This document shows positions 8,901 to 18,416 of a DNA stretch of 64,000 bases, in pieces; positions within the stretch are counted from its first letter, which is position 1, and every line of letters starts with the position of its first letter. Both the position numbers and the translations under genes were made by a program. A model generated the notes under the pieces. The model saw only the letters and a list, made by a program, of their open reading frames with translations, ran no database searches and was not told where the DNA came from. Source of the stretch: Candidatus Micrarchaeota archaeon (lineage in GTDB: Archaea; Micrarchaeota; Micrarchaeia; CABMEP01); the NCBI GenBank assembly GCA_964358895.1, contig CAYHPR010000001.1, positions 9,218 through 73,217 on the forward strand, in the 5' to 3' direction.

Positions 8901-9917
8901 ACGATTGAAGGAGCACCGCATCTAAAGGAATCACATATTTCTGTTTTTGATTGTGCGTTCAAAGCAGTAAATGGTAAGAGATACATTCATCATATGGGAC
9001 ACGTAAGAATGATGGCAGCCGTACAACCATTCATCAGCGGTGCTATCAGCAAAACGGTCAACATGCCGAAGGAGAGCACAGCAGAAGAAATAGCGGATGC
9101 ATACATCCAAGCATGGAGAATGGGTTTGAAAGCAGTTGCAATTTACAGAGACGGATCAAAACGTACGCAACCTCTGACTACTTCCAAACAGATGGATACA
9201 AAATCCAGCGAGAAACAAAAAGAAAAGGAGATAGTTATTGTAAACAAAGCAACAAGACAAAGACTGCCAGCTGAAAGACAGGCATTGACTCACAGATTTG
9301 ACATTACAGGACACGAAGGATACATAACTGTTGGCCTTTTTGATAATGGAAAGCCTGGAGAAATATTCATAACCATGTCGAAAGAAGGCAGCACTATATC
9401 TGGATTGATGGATGCATTCGCAACATCAATTTCAATTGCTCTTCAGTATGGTGTACCTCTAAGGACGTTGGTAAGAAAATTTGTTCACACACGATACGAA
9501 CCGTCTGGAATGACTAGTAATCCAAATATCAGAATTGCGAAATCGATAACGGATTATATCTTCAGATGGATGGCTCTCAAATTCCTATCGAAAGAAGAAC
9601 AGATAGAAGTTGGAGTGAACTTAGACATGTCGGAAGCAACTGTTGAAAGCAGTAACGGACATGCGATAGACGTTAATCCTCCAGCATCGGTTAAAGATGC
9701 AAACATTGCCACCATGGAAGCCAAAGAAGTTCGTCAGGATAAACAAGAAGAGATCTCACGGATCTCTGCTGATTCGAATGCTAAAACAAAAAATGCAAAA
9801 TTTGCATTCCAAAATAGTGAAGATGCACCAAGCTGCGCAGACTGCGGTAGTATCATGGTCAGGTCCGCATCATGTTATAAATGTTTGAACTGTGGAAACA
9901 CGAGCGGATGCAGTTAG
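5979..9917 (+). CDS. nrdJ: Class II (adenosylcobalamin-dependent) ribonucleotide reductase with intein, C-terminal TSCPD-like domain and Zn ribbon
   Basis: FNSPVWFN, QCSACFI, SNPC/CSEY split by intein, SACNLAS, IAPTGTI, YRDGSK, CADCG..CLNCG; SD-like GAGGTG favours ATG 5979. Confidence 0.95.
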   Translation: MEKKGEQKASDTNLLQNFRFERNYTKEGVHPFDEIKWEHRDAVINDSKGKVVFSQKNIEVPASWSQTAANIAVSKYFRGKLDTTERETSVKQIVTRVAKTITYWGRKGNYFADEKEAAIYEAELTHILVNQMAAFNSPVWFNVGFEKEKVQCSACFINSVQDDMKSILNLAVTEGMLFKYGSGTGSNLSSLRSSREQLSVGGIASGPVSFMKGYDAFAGVIKSGGRTRRAAKMVILNADHPDILEFIWCKAKEEKKAWALIDAGFDPRLDGEVYTNIFFQNANNSVRVTDEFMEAIVKDNEWKTYAVTDKNRVVDTHRAKDVMNAIAEATHQCGDPGLQFDTTINKWHTCPNSGRINASNPCVTGDTKVLTEGGRWIRIDKLVGKESKVIVNTGLLTALPVNGSFKTGEKPVYRMTTKNGYEIKLTADHKVYTINRDFVPAAELTKDDFVLLPGSQVAEIKDSSNSSFYQMVGVYLGDGYSNGKTIQLTMHPTEEKQILEKFATYLSGIERTTHKNGPGTVALTSTSSKLTVINKRVIERFTQLVDLKLHSHEKTISDEIFILPLGEQKSILQGLFTSDATVANYGDKSQYISLDSTSLELLKGVQILLLGFGIKSKLYKDRRAGKLKSFLPDGKGGLKEYDVREMNSLRISRSSRYLFEKLIGFMSESKKAKQLSDMNKQVETYNDMPFDRVESLEYIGVEKVYDLTEPITHTFVANGITIHNCSEYMFLDDSACNLASLNLMKFYDESNGVFDVESFKHANAVMITAQEIIVGNASYPTPSIEKNSHDFRPLGIGYANLGALLMAQGLAYDSDEGRNFAAAISALQSGYCYYISALIANKLGPFAGYKKNEQPMLNVIDMHRKHAYMIDRNGAPEELLSQAGESWDQAYKAGKQYGFKNAQISVIAPTGTIGLMMDCDTTGIEPEIALVKYKWLVGGGMIKFVNQTVPVALRRLGYADDQIDEILKYIDENDTIEGAPHLKESHISVFDCAFKAVNGKRYIHHMGHVRMMAAVQPFISGAISKTVNMPKESTAEEIADAYIQAWRMGLKAVAIYRDGSKRTQPLTTSKQMDTKSSEKQKEKEIVIVNKATRQRLPAERQALTHRFDITGHEGYITVGLFDNGKPGEIFITMSKEGSTISGLMDAFATSISIALQYGVPLRTLVRKFVHTRYEPSGMTSNPNIRIAKSITDYIFRWMALKFLSKEEQIEVGVNLDMSEATVESSNGHAIDVNPPASVKDANIATMEAKEVRQDKQEEISRISADSNAKTKNAKFAFQNSEDAPSCADCGSIMVRSASCYKCLNCGNTSGCS
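7062..8150 (+). mobile_element. Intein (363 aa) with LAGLIDADG homing endonuclease in nrdJ
   Basis: N-terminal CVTGDT, block B LTADHKV, VGVYLGDG and LQGLFTSDA motifs, C-terminal VYDLT..HTFVANGITIHN followed by Cys. Confidence 0.95.
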
Positions 9918-9966
9918 ACATAGTAAGTTATAAATAGTAGGAAAGCCTCATAGATGAGGAGTAAAT

Positions 9967-10467
9967 ATGTTTGCACGAACTAAACTGAATGGTGACGTTG
10001 GTGATTGCACAGTAGGTCTTCCTTTTGGAGATAAGTTTACGTTCTATCACACATTAAAAGAAGGGTTGCTTTCTAAGGACAAAGAAACTGATAATTATAT
10101 TATAACACTAGAGAACTTTACAGGAATGAAAGGAACTCTTGCGTTAGGCTCAATTTTATCAAAAATAATAGAAGGTATATGTGATAAACACCCAAGGACT
10201 GAGGAATATAAACTTAGATGTGACTTGGGAGATGCAATAGCAATACTAAGAAAAGAAATTAATGAAACTAATGATAGTTATTTTGTTGCGCCTATAGAAA
10301 ATGAAGTTGTTGATTCAGAAGAAAAGATTAAACAATTGCTAAGAGACTTGTTTGAAAGATACGAAACTGTACTTGACATAGTGGCAGAGCAGGATATGGC
10401 TGTTTTCAATGTTGTACCTCCAGTCTATAGAAACCCTTCACCATTTTTAGTGAAGAATTCTGAGTAA
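9967..10467 (+). CDS. Hypothetical protein
   Basis: 166-aa ORF with SD GAGGAG and upstream TTATAAAT; no recognised motif. Confidence 0.65.
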   Translation: MFARTKLNGDVGDCTVGLPFGDKFTFYHTLKEGLLSKDKETDNYIITLENFTGMKGTLALGSILSKIIEGICDKHPRTEEYKLRCDLGDAIAILRKEINETNDSYFVAPIENEVVDSEEKIKQLLRDLFERYETVLDIVAEQDMAVFNVVPPVYRNPSPFLVKNSE

Positions 10468-10474
10468 AGTGAAA

Positions 10475-13165
10475 TTAGTGTAGTTCCCAGAAGCGTTTAG
10501 TTCTGATGAAATTTTTCTGAGCATTCATCAGAGCAGCGTAGAATTCTTCGTCTGTATTATACTTCTTCGAGAGGATGCCTGCAGCTCTTGTCGGACCAAC
10601 ACCATATGTTGCTAATGCAATAACTCCTTTCTTTCCTGAAGCAGATACGATGGCTGCAGTTTTGTTCAGTTTTTCTTTCCATACTTTCTCTTCCTTGCTT
10701 AATTTCTTTTTCTTAAAAATCTTTGACCAACTTGCTTCATCTATTATTGTAATCATGCTGCTACTGCAACGGTTACACTTTATTTTTTCTGGTAATTCGC
10801 CAACGAAAGAAATCCAATCATGCCCACAGTAAGTGCAGTAAAGAATTGCTGATTTTGATAGAAGTTTGTTTTTGAAAGCTCGGAGTATTTCAGCTGTTGG
10901 CTCAATCGGTGCGATAAGCTCAGATCCGTGATAACGCTGCAAAGCACGTGTTGCTATTGCAGACAGTTCTTTTACAGATTTAACCGTTATGGAGATCTGT
11001 TTGCCCCTTATATCATTTAGAACTTTTGAGGAATTTCTTACGTCAAAATAAGATGCAAGCACTTCTCTTGTGGTTTCTTCATAGAGCGGTGTGCCTTGGA
11101 ATGCAATAATAAATCTGTCAGAAACGCGTGGTGCTTCTCTGAAGATGCCGAACAGCTTGCCAACGTGTAAAAATTTGTATTTAAATATCTGATTTGTTGG
11201 CAGAATATTTCTTAGTTCTGCTGCAACGTCCGTTATTCTTGCTAGATAATGCTTAATTTTCATTGCATCTGCTGCACGTGGAAAGACAAAAGCAATCCTG
11301 TACGGATCTACTAAAGTTCTTACGGATGCACCGTATTCTTTTGCCAAGTAATGGCCAATAATCGTTCCGATAGTTCTATTTACTTTTAATCCTCCAAGAA
11401 GGTGCATGACAGCAACTTCGCCCCATGCCTCGATGTAAATGTGCTTATCAGTTGGGGGCTTTCCATCAAACTCCTTCACATCTGCTTCAGCTTCTTTGAT
11501 ATGATCTTTTCCGTCCGCAATTCTTTGCCTAATCTGACCAACTTTCTGTGAAACTTCAAAACTCGTTGGAATTTCTTCACCTTCCCAATCAGGGATTGCT
11601 GCACTGATCTCTTCCGATGGTTCTACAATAATTTGTCTTCTGTCTGTATCGATATCAAGAATATGCCAGGGAGTTCCTTTGGTTATGAAAAGGTCATTCT
11701 TTTCAAGAAACATAACAAAATTTTCATCAAGTGTGGAGATAGTTGAATTTGTTGCCGTATCCTTTACGAAATACTTGCTGACCGAAGGGATAGTAGATAG
11801 ATTTTCATAATAGTATTGCCGAGTTGACATCATCCTATGAACAATATCGTTTTCTGTTTTCTTTATCAGCCGCTTATCTGCCATAAAATTGACTACGGAA
11901 AGAAACTGGTCTGAATCGATAAGCGAATAAGGGAAGGATCGTTTTATGATATTGAAAAGATCTATTGTCGATATTTGTTCCCTGTCAAGAACGATTCCTG
12001 CAATCTGATGTGCCATCACATCTAACGCACCTATGCATTGCTGTTGTTCCTCTAGAGTTCCTTCTTTTACCATTTCAACAATTGCATTTGCTTCCAACAG
12101 ATCGTCTGGATCTGCACAAAGAATTGTACCAGTTGCAGTTCCTTTTTCAGTATGACCTGACCGACCTACCCTCTGCACAAGGCGAGAGACTTGACGCGGG
12201 GACATGTATTGAACAACATGGTGGATATCTCCGATATCGATTCCCAACTCTAGAGAGGATGTTGAGACAAGTGCATTCAAATTGCCCGTTTTGAAATCAT
12301 CTTCCAACTTAATTCTTGTGTCTTTTGATAGTGAACCATGATGAACACCGATTTTGTTGTCGACTTTCATCAACCTTGATCCAAGAATTTCTGCGATTGA
12401 ACGAGTATTGACAAATATCAGCGTCTTTCTATCTTTTGCTAATCTCTGAATCTCTCGAAGTCTGGCAGCAGCAGGGGAATCGACTGCCAATTCAGTTGCA
12501 GATGCCTCGTCGCTAAGATTTTGTTTAGGATATAAAATGTCAAACTTCATTGATTTCATATATTTCAGATCGACAACACTGAATGTTCTCAGTCCGCATA
12601 GGTAACGGCCGATATTATTAGGATCGGAGACAGTCGCACTGATTCCTATGCGCTGGAATTCTCCTGCCTTCTCTGCCAATCTTTCAAGTCCAAGCGAGAG
12701 CTGTGCACCTCGCTTATCATCAACCAATTCGTGAAGCTCGTCCACTATTACAAATTTGACATTTCTTAGAGCTTCGCCAATTTTTTTAGCAGGCAGAATA
12801 GCTTGCAGAGTTTCAGGTGTAGTTATCAGAAACTGTGGAGGATTCTTAGCCTGAAGTGCCCTTTCCGTTTGTGAAGTGTCACCATGCCGAACACTTATTG
12901 CTATACCTAAATCTTTAGCCCATTCCGTCAATCTCTTAAGTAAATCTCGATTGAGCGCTTTCAAAGGCGTGATATATACTGCAGCTATTCCCTCCAGTTT
13001 CTGGTCGCTTATTTTCTTAAGTATAGGTATCGCAGCTGACTCCGTTTTTCCAGAACCGGTTGGTGCAATAATTATAAGATTTCTGCCTTCGGCTACTGGT
13101 CCAATGACCTGTTTCTGGACCTCAGTTAGGCTACCAAATTTCTTAAGAAGAAGGTCTGCTGACAT
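10475..13165 (-). CDS. lhr: Lhr-like ATP-dependent SF2 helicase
   Basis: APTGSGKT, RHGDT, DELH, SAT, HHGSLS, LELGIDIG, QRVGRSGH; C-terminal Zn ribbon and HhH. Confidence 0.93.
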   Translation of the reverse strand: MSADLLLKKFGSLTEVQKQVIGPVAEGRNLIIIAPTGSGKTESAAIPILKKISDQKLEGIAAVYITPLKALNRDLLKRLTEWAKDLGIAISVRHGDTSQTERALQAKNPPQFLITTPETLQAILPAKKIGEALRNVKFVIVDELHELVDDKRGAQLSLGLERLAEKAGEFQRIGISATVSDPNNIGRYLCGLRTFSVVDLKYMKSMKFDILYPKQNLSDEASATELAVDSPAAARLREIQRLAKDRKTLIFVNTRSIAEILGSRLMKVDNKIGVHHGSLSKDTRIKLEDDFKTGNLNALVSTSSLELGIDIGDIHHVVQYMSPRQVSRLVQRVGRSGHTEKGTATGTILCADPDDLLEANAIVEMVKEGTLEEQQQCIGALDVMAHQIAGIVLDREQISTIDLFNIIKRSFPYSLIDSDQFLSVVNFMADKRLIKKTENDIVHRMMSTRQYYYENLSTIPSVSKYFVKDTATNSTISTLDENFVMFLEKNDLFITKGTPWHILDIDTDRRQIIVEPSEEISAAIPDWEGEEIPTSFEVSQKVGQIRQRIADGKDHIKEAEADVKEFDGKPPTDKHIYIEAWGEVAVMHLLGGLKVNRTIGTIIGHYLAKEYGASVRTLVDPYRIAFVFPRAADAMKIKHYLARITDVAAELRNILPTNQIFKYKFLHVGKLFGIFREAPRVSDRFIIAFQGTPLYEETTREVLASYFDVRNSSKVLNDIRGKQISITVKSVKELSAIATRALQRYHGSELIAPIEPTAEILRAFKNKLLSKSAILYCTYCGHDWISFVGELPEKIKCNRCSSSMITIIDEASWSKIFKKKKLSKEEKVWKEKLNKTAAIVSASGKKGVIALATYGVGPTRAAGILSKKYNTDEEFYAALMNAQKNFIRTKRFWELH

Positions 13166-13229
13166 GATCTACAAACCTAATACGTCGGACAGGTATATAA
13201 AGATTAACCGACTTAAAGATAGGTATTCT

Positions 13230-13652
13230 ATGGAAAAATTTGCGAGGACGTTCAAGGAACTTACGCTGCGTTATTACACTAGACTAGAACGCACTAATAT
13301 CAGTATCGCTTCAGATGATCCGATTTTTGCTGAACTTCGATCTGAAGATATAATGAGACTGGATAAGATTATAAGAAAAACTGATGTGCCATCGGTCTCG
13401 CTTAATACAATCCATCGTACAATCTTAGAAATAAACAAGCAGTTAGAGATATACAACCGAATAAATAAAACAAATAAAGAAGTGCCTGCGCGCGTGCTTA
13501 TAAAAGATTTGGAGAAAGTTAGTTCAAAAAATGGACGGCTTTCTTCACCAAGCAGGATTAAAGCAGAGATAGAAAAATTACTTGGATCTGCGATTAGAGT
13601 AGAAAGAGAAAAATATCTACAAGCTCTAAAACCCGATGGAAAAAAGAAATAG
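13230..13652 (+). CDS. Hypothetical basic protein
   Basis: ATG at 13230, divergent from lhr; the longer ORF call overlaps lhr antisense. Confidence 0.6.
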   Translation: MEKFARTFKELTLRYYTRLERTNISIASDDPIFAELRSEDIMRLDKIIRKTDVPSVSLNTIHRTILEINKQLEIYNRINKTNKEVPARVLIKDLEKVSSKNGRLSSPSRIKAEIEKLLGSAIRVEREKYLQALKPDGKKK

Positions 13653-13718
13653 TAAGATATCGCCTAAGAGAAAGGTGAAAAAAGAAAGCAGAACTAGTGA
13701 AAACAGAGATAGTTGTTT

Positions 13719-14183
13719 CTAATTTTCATGCATTTTTTTCAGAAGTTCGATTGCAAGCTTAACATTGCTGAAAGCGACATCGGCACGTTGCTTGTAGGTG
13801 TGTTCGAGTGCCGTTGATAGGTTGTCACCCTGGAAACCTGTAAATTTATAAGTGCCTCTTGAATCTTCAATTACGCCTGACTTTTTAAGCTGGGTGAGAT
13901 GATAGCGAACGGTTTTTTCGTTCATTTCAACGCTCTGTTGTTTTAGATAGTCTTGAACATCTTGATAATTTGGTTCTCTTTTTTCCTTGAGATGATAAAA
14001 AAGTAATGCCTCAAGCAGATTCAGAACTGATTGACGCGATTCTTTTGGGGAGATGAGGCCGAGCGAAAGTGCAATCCACCTTACAAGTGACTTTCTTGTC
14101 ATCTTTACTTCATCAGTAAGCTGCATATCTCTCAGAACTAGTTCTGAACGTATTAATTTTGACTCTGGAAGCTCTGTCGCCAT
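13719..14183 (-). CDS. Winged-helix DNA-binding protein / putative transcription regulator
   Basis: EKTVRYHLTQLKKSGVIE..GTYKF wHTH pattern. Confidence 0.7.
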   Translation of the reverse strand: MATELPESKLIRSELVLRDMQLTDEVKMTRKSLVRWIALSLGLISPKESRQSVLNLLEALLFYHLKEKREPNYQDVQDYLKQQSVEMNEKTVRYHLTQLKKSGVIEDSRGTYKFTGFQGDNLSTALEHTYKQRADVAFSNVKLAIELLKKMHEN

Positions 14184-14278
14184 AAGAGTATTAGAACATA
14201 CTTTTAAATAAGTTGTTTGAGGAGGGATATTAAGTCGGACAGCCCGTTTAGGGCTGCTTCTTTTAAGAGTGTGTTAGA

Positions 14279-15298
14279 ATGGATTCTGATTTTGATGTTA
14301 ATAAAGAAAAATTGAAGAAAGCATGGGATACTGACTTTGTAAAATCAGTTGAACCAACCGACCTCCCGGCAGTTAAAGGGTATGATTTTTCTCAAAAATT
14401 TGACTTTGAAAAGTTCTTAGAGAGTTATGGAACTACAGGGATTCAAGCAACTAACCTATGGAAGGCAGTTGAAACAGTTAGAAAAATGAGAAAAGAAAAG
14501 GCAAAGATATTTCTTGCATACAATTCCAATATGGTCAGCTCAGGATTGCGCGAAATAATTGCATACCTCGTAAAAAGACATTATGTTAATGCTCTAATCA
14601 CGACAGTAGGAGGAGTTGAAGAAGACATCCTCAAGACGATCAAACCATTCTTGGTTGGTGACTTCAAGAAAATTGATGGGAAAACACTGAGAAAAAACGG
14701 TGTGAACAGAATTGGAAACATCTACGTTCCTAATGATAGATACATTGAATTTGAAAAACTAATGAACCAGTTTTTACAGAAGTTGTTCGTCAAACAGAAA
14801 GAAACTGGTAGGATTATTACAGCTTCAGAATTTATTTACGAACTTGGGAAAGAAGTAAATGACGAAAATTCAATTTATTATTGGGCAACTCGCAACAATA
14901 TTCCTGTTTTTTGTCCTGCACTTACTGATGGATCAATTGGAGATATGATATACTTTTTCAAGCAGGCCAGAAAAGAAAATATGGATTTCAAAGTTGACAT
15001 ATCGGACGATATGGTAAAACTTGTGAACATGGTGATAAACGCAGATAAAACAGGAGTTATTGTTCTTGGAGGCGGATTTGTTAAACATCACATCATGGGC
15101 GCAAATCTGTTCAGAGACGGAGCAGAATATGTAGTTTATGTTTCTCTTGAAAGTGAAGAAGGCGGATCTGACAGTCAAGCAAAACCTGACGAGGCAGTCG
15201 CATGGGGAAAGATAAAAGCAGATAGCGAAGCAGTAAAAGTATATGCCGACGCGACCATTGTATTCCCATTAATTGTTGCTGCAGCATTTAAGGATTGA
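14279..15298 (+). CDS. dhs: Deoxyhypusine synthase
   Basis: SNMVSSGLRE, GGVEED, NRIGN, CPALTDGSIG, EAVAWGK, DATIVFP. Confidence 0.95.
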   Translation: MDSDFDVNKEKLKKAWDTDFVKSVEPTDLPAVKGYDFSQKFDFEKFLESYGTTGIQATNLWKAVETVRKMRKEKAKIFLAYNSNMVSSGLREIIAYLVKRHYVNALITTVGGVEEDILKTIKPFLVGDFKKIDGKTLRKNGVNRIGNIYVPNDRYIEFEKLMNQFLQKLFVKQKETGRIITASEFIYELGKEVNDENSIYYWATRNNIPVFCPALTDGSIGDMIYFFKQARKENMDFKVDISDDMVKLVNMVINADKTGVIVLGGGFVKHHIMGANLFRDGAEYVVYVSLESEEGGSDSQAKPDEAVAWGKIKADSEAVKVYADATIVFPLIVAAAFKD

Positions 15299-15356
15299 AA
15301 TAAGGCTATCTTGATCAATGGATAGTGCTTTTAATAGCTTTTTCTAATATCAGCAT

Positions 15357-16223
15357 ATGGAACTTGATCTGAGAGAATTAACGCCTATTCAATTTATGGG
15401 CACTGAAATGAATTTTGAATCATCGAAAGCAGTTATTGTGCCGCTTCCGTATTCTTCAGTTGTGCATACTGAAAACACAGTGAATGGACCAATGGAAATT
15501 CTTTTTGCATGGAATTTTGAAGAATTTGACCTTGAACTTGGATATGAACCTTCGTCAGTTGGAGTCTATCCACTGCCTGAAAGGCAATACGTTGGAGAAA
15601 AGGGATTCAATCAGATTCAAAACCTAGCTGAGAGATTATTCGAAAGCAAAAAGTTTCCAGTTTTTCTAGGAGGAGACCACTCAGTTACTATTGCAACGAC
15701 TGCGGGACTGAAGGGACTTAAGGACACCTCGATAATCTGTTTTGATGCACATAGCGATCTTAAGAATGAATATGAAGGAAGCCAATTCAGCCACATGTGC
15801 GTTAATAGAAGGATAAGTGAAAAAACTGACGTTTATATCATAGGAAATAGATCTATTGGAAAGGAAGAACTTGAGTATGTTAAAACAACTAATGTTAACG
15901 CATATGGAAAGCTCTCTGGTGACGAACTAAGAGAGATATTAGATAAAAGCAGTGATGAAGTGTATATCTCAATAGACGTAGATGTGTTTACACCCTCAGT
16001 TATGCCTGCAGTCACTATGCCAGAACAGGATGGATTGACATGGCAGGAAGTTATAAAGACTTTAAAAGTATTATTTCAACATAAGAATGTTGTTGGCATG
16101 GATATAACTGAACTTTCACCGATTCCAAATTTCACATCACCGAACGCATTGTGTGCTCAATTAGCGTATAAGTGCATTGGTTACAAATTTGCAAAGAAAG
16201 AAACAGAATCTTCATTATTTTAA
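15357..16223 (+). CDS. speB: Agmatinase / ureohydrolase
   Basis: GGDHS, FDAHSD, SIDVDVF Mn-binding motifs. Confidence 0.88.
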   Translation: MELDLRELTPIQFMGTEMNFESSKAVIVPLPYSSVVHTENTVNGPMEILFAWNFEEFDLELGYEPSSVGVYPLPERQYVGEKGFNQIQNLAERLFESKKFPVFLGGDHSVTIATTAGLKGLKDTSIICFDAHSDLKNEYEGSQFSHMCVNRRISEKTDVYIIGNRSIGKEELEYVKTTNVNAYGKLSGDELREILDKSSDEVYISIDVDVFTPSVMPAVTMPEQDGLTWQEVIKTLKVLFQHKNVVGMDITELSPIPNFTSPNALCAQLAYKCIGYKFAKKETESSLF

Positions 16224-16268
16224 TAGATTTTGAAAGGTATCTTATGACAGCAGATTATTAGTGGTCTT

Positions 16269-17462
16269 ATGAAAAAATATTTGCTCGTATCGATAATTGT
16301 AATTGCAATTTTTGTATTTGGCTGCCTTGAGATTGGTGGACAAAGAAATGTTACAGGTATAAAGAAGACTGTAGCAAATGAAACTATAACTAATATTACA
16401 TTGCCAAACGTAACAAAAGTTGCAAGCTGTGAAGAACTTCTAATAGGTAAAGATGAATGTTTGATTGAGCGAGCGTATAAAAATAATAACATAAACGACT
16501 GCCGTCAGTTAAAGAATGATTCTTTCAAACAATGCATTTATAGAATAGCAGAAAGGAGCACGCAGTATTGCAGTCTTCTTGATGAGATTTCTGCAATAGA
16601 TAACTGTTACTTTAACATCTCAACAAAAGTCGGAGACCAAGTATGTTCGTATATAGTGAATAGTAGCAAAAAAGAAACCTGTACATTGCAGTTTGTATCG
16701 GAAGCTTGTAGATCGGTTAAGAATGAAAGTGATCGTTACATCTGTGATGCAATTGCAAAGAATAGTGCAGAGATATGCAATAAGAGTCCTCTGAAAGACA
16801 CGTGTTACCTGAAGTTTAGTAAATCAGTTTCTGACAAATGTAGCTTGATAGAGAATACAGGATTGAAACTGGCATGCACAGGAATATTGACAAATACTAC
16901 AACAGGTTGTAGTACAGTAGTCGGTGTTTTGAGGGATAACTGTATTAGAACAATAGCTACAGAAACCTCAAATTGCGCGTTATGTGAAAACGTTATAGAC
17001 AGTGTTTACAAAGATGGTTGTTTCTCTGACTGTGCAATTGCTGCAAAAGATAGCAAACAATGTTCGAAACCGTCAGATGAACAAAAACGTGACAATTGCT
17101 ATTACAACTATGCATTAGCAAATAACGATGAAATAACGTGTAAAGAAGTGAGACTTCTGAGTCTCCTTAAGTTTTGCGTTGAAAAAGTTTCTATAAACAA
17201 AGCGGCTCCTGCAAGTTGTGAAGCAATGCTTGTTGAACCAAGGATAGGAGGAACGCCGACACAAGGCGAAGTTAATACATGTTACTACGCAGTTATGGGC
17301 CAATCAAATGTTTCTGCCACGGCATGCATATCAATAAGCAGTAATTCAACTTCGACAAAGGAGCAATGTATTTACTCGTACGCTAAAAGAACATTGGACA
17401 CTAGCTTCTGCAGTTCAATCTCTGACAGCAGCTTAATGCAAGCCTGTCAAAATTTAAAATAA
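16269..17462 (+). CDS. Cysteine-rich repeat lipoprotein (surface protein)
   Basis: signal peptide with lipobox-like VFGC; periodic C-x(~9)-C repeats throughout. Confidence 0.8.
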   Translation: MKKYLLVSIIVIAIFVFGCLEIGGQRNVTGIKKTVANETITNITLPNVTKVASCEELLIGKDECLIERAYKNNNINDCRQLKNDSFKQCIYRIAERSTQYCSLLDEISAIDNCYFNISTKVGDQVCSYIVNSSKKETCTLQFVSEACRSVKNESDRYICDAIAKNSAEICNKSPLKDTCYLKFSKSVSDKCSLIENTGLKLACTGILTNTTTGCSTVVGVLRDNCIRTIATETSNCALCENVIDSVYKDGCFSDCAIAAKDSKQCSKPSDEQKRDNCYYNYALANNDEITCKEVRLLSLLKFCVEKVSINKAAPASCEAMLVEPRIGGTPTQGEVNTCYYAVMGQSNVSATACISISSNSTSTKEQCIYSYAKRTLDTSFCSSISDSSLMQACQNLK

Positions 17463-17528
17463 AAAAATAGATAGGAAGTTATAGTATTACGAAAATCTAA
17501 AAGAGTACAGAAAGTCTGGAAGAGTGTT

Positions 17529-18194
17529 TTATTCATTATCTTCTTCAATATCTACGTCTCTGCCTTCTCCTGCTTCGTCAACTTCTCCTTCATCTTGTTC
17601 TGTTCCGCTTAGTTCAAAATCTTCTATTTTGGCCGTGAATTCTGCATCAGAACTTATCATTTTCTTTTCTTTCATTAATTCCCTTGTTAAAAGATAGAAA
17701 ATTAATGGAACAGACTTCTTACCTTTATTGTTGCAAGGGATAAAGAAGTCTAAGTATCTAAGATTGTTATCTGTATCAACAAGACCAACTGTTAAGACAC
17801 CAAGTTCTGTTGCCTCAATCAATGCCTGATGTTCAATTCTAGGATCACAAACAAAGACTGCTGAAGGTTCGAAAAAGTCTTTTCTTGAAGGATTTGTAAA
17901 CGTTCCGGGAACAAATCGCCCAGTGAAAACTCTTGCGCCTGTCAATTCCGCAAATTTCTTAGCTGCAGGTACTGCATAGACTCTGGAAGAGATAATTGCA
18001 ACTTTAGATAAATCGTATTTAGCAAGCAGTTGTGCCATTTCTCTGACGCGCTTGTCTATCTGATCTATGGATAACATAACAAGTTTGTCTTTTCTGTATT
18101 TGTACACAAACTTCTTCATGTCAGTCGTAGCTAAACGTGTGCCTATATGTGCACCAGACTCCAAATATTTTTCATGAGCTATTAACAAATCCAT
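17529..18194 (-). CDS. rps2: 30S ribosomal protein S2 (uS2)
   Basis: GAHIGT, GRFVPGTFTNP, VDTDN, PCNNKG. Confidence 0.95.
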   Translation of the reverse strand: MDLLIAHEKYLESGAHIGTRLATTDMKKFVYKYRKDKLVMLSIDQIDKRVREMAQLLAKYDLSKVAIISSRVYAVPAAKKFAELTGARVFTGRFVPGTFTNPSRKDFFEPSAVFVCDPRIEHQALIEATELGVLTVGLVDTDNNLRYLDFFIPCNNKGKKSVPLIFYLLTRELMKEKKMISSDAEFTAKIEDFELSGTEQDEGEVDEAGEGRDVDIEEDNE

Positions 18195-18281
18195 TATATC
18201 ACTCAATAATTTTCAATTTATTCGTTTATTTGTTCCTTTCCTTCATTTCTTTTTTTGTCTTATTTCTACATTTATTTCATA

Positions 18282-18403
18282 TGGGGCCGTCGAGAATTTC
18301 GTAGGCACAACCCATATGTCCAATTTCGAACTCGAGTCGCCACCATTTTGGCGTTGGTGTTAAGTCCCCAAGGTGGAAGCATACCAGGCTAGCCCACGGC
18401 CCC
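18282..18403 (-). tRNA. tRNA-Pro(GGG) with two introns: 37/38 (18346-18365) and 59/60 (18296-18324)
   Basis: GGGGCCG/CGGCCCC acceptor, CCACC/GGTGG anticodon stem, TCGAG/CTCGA T stem; both introns form BHB-type motifs. Confidence 0.88.
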
Positions 18404-18416
18404 TTTCATCATAAAT

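Noticed and set aside
12876..13229. N-terminal part of the 258-aa ORF
   Set aside because: Antisense overlap with lhr; the real start is probably ATG 13230
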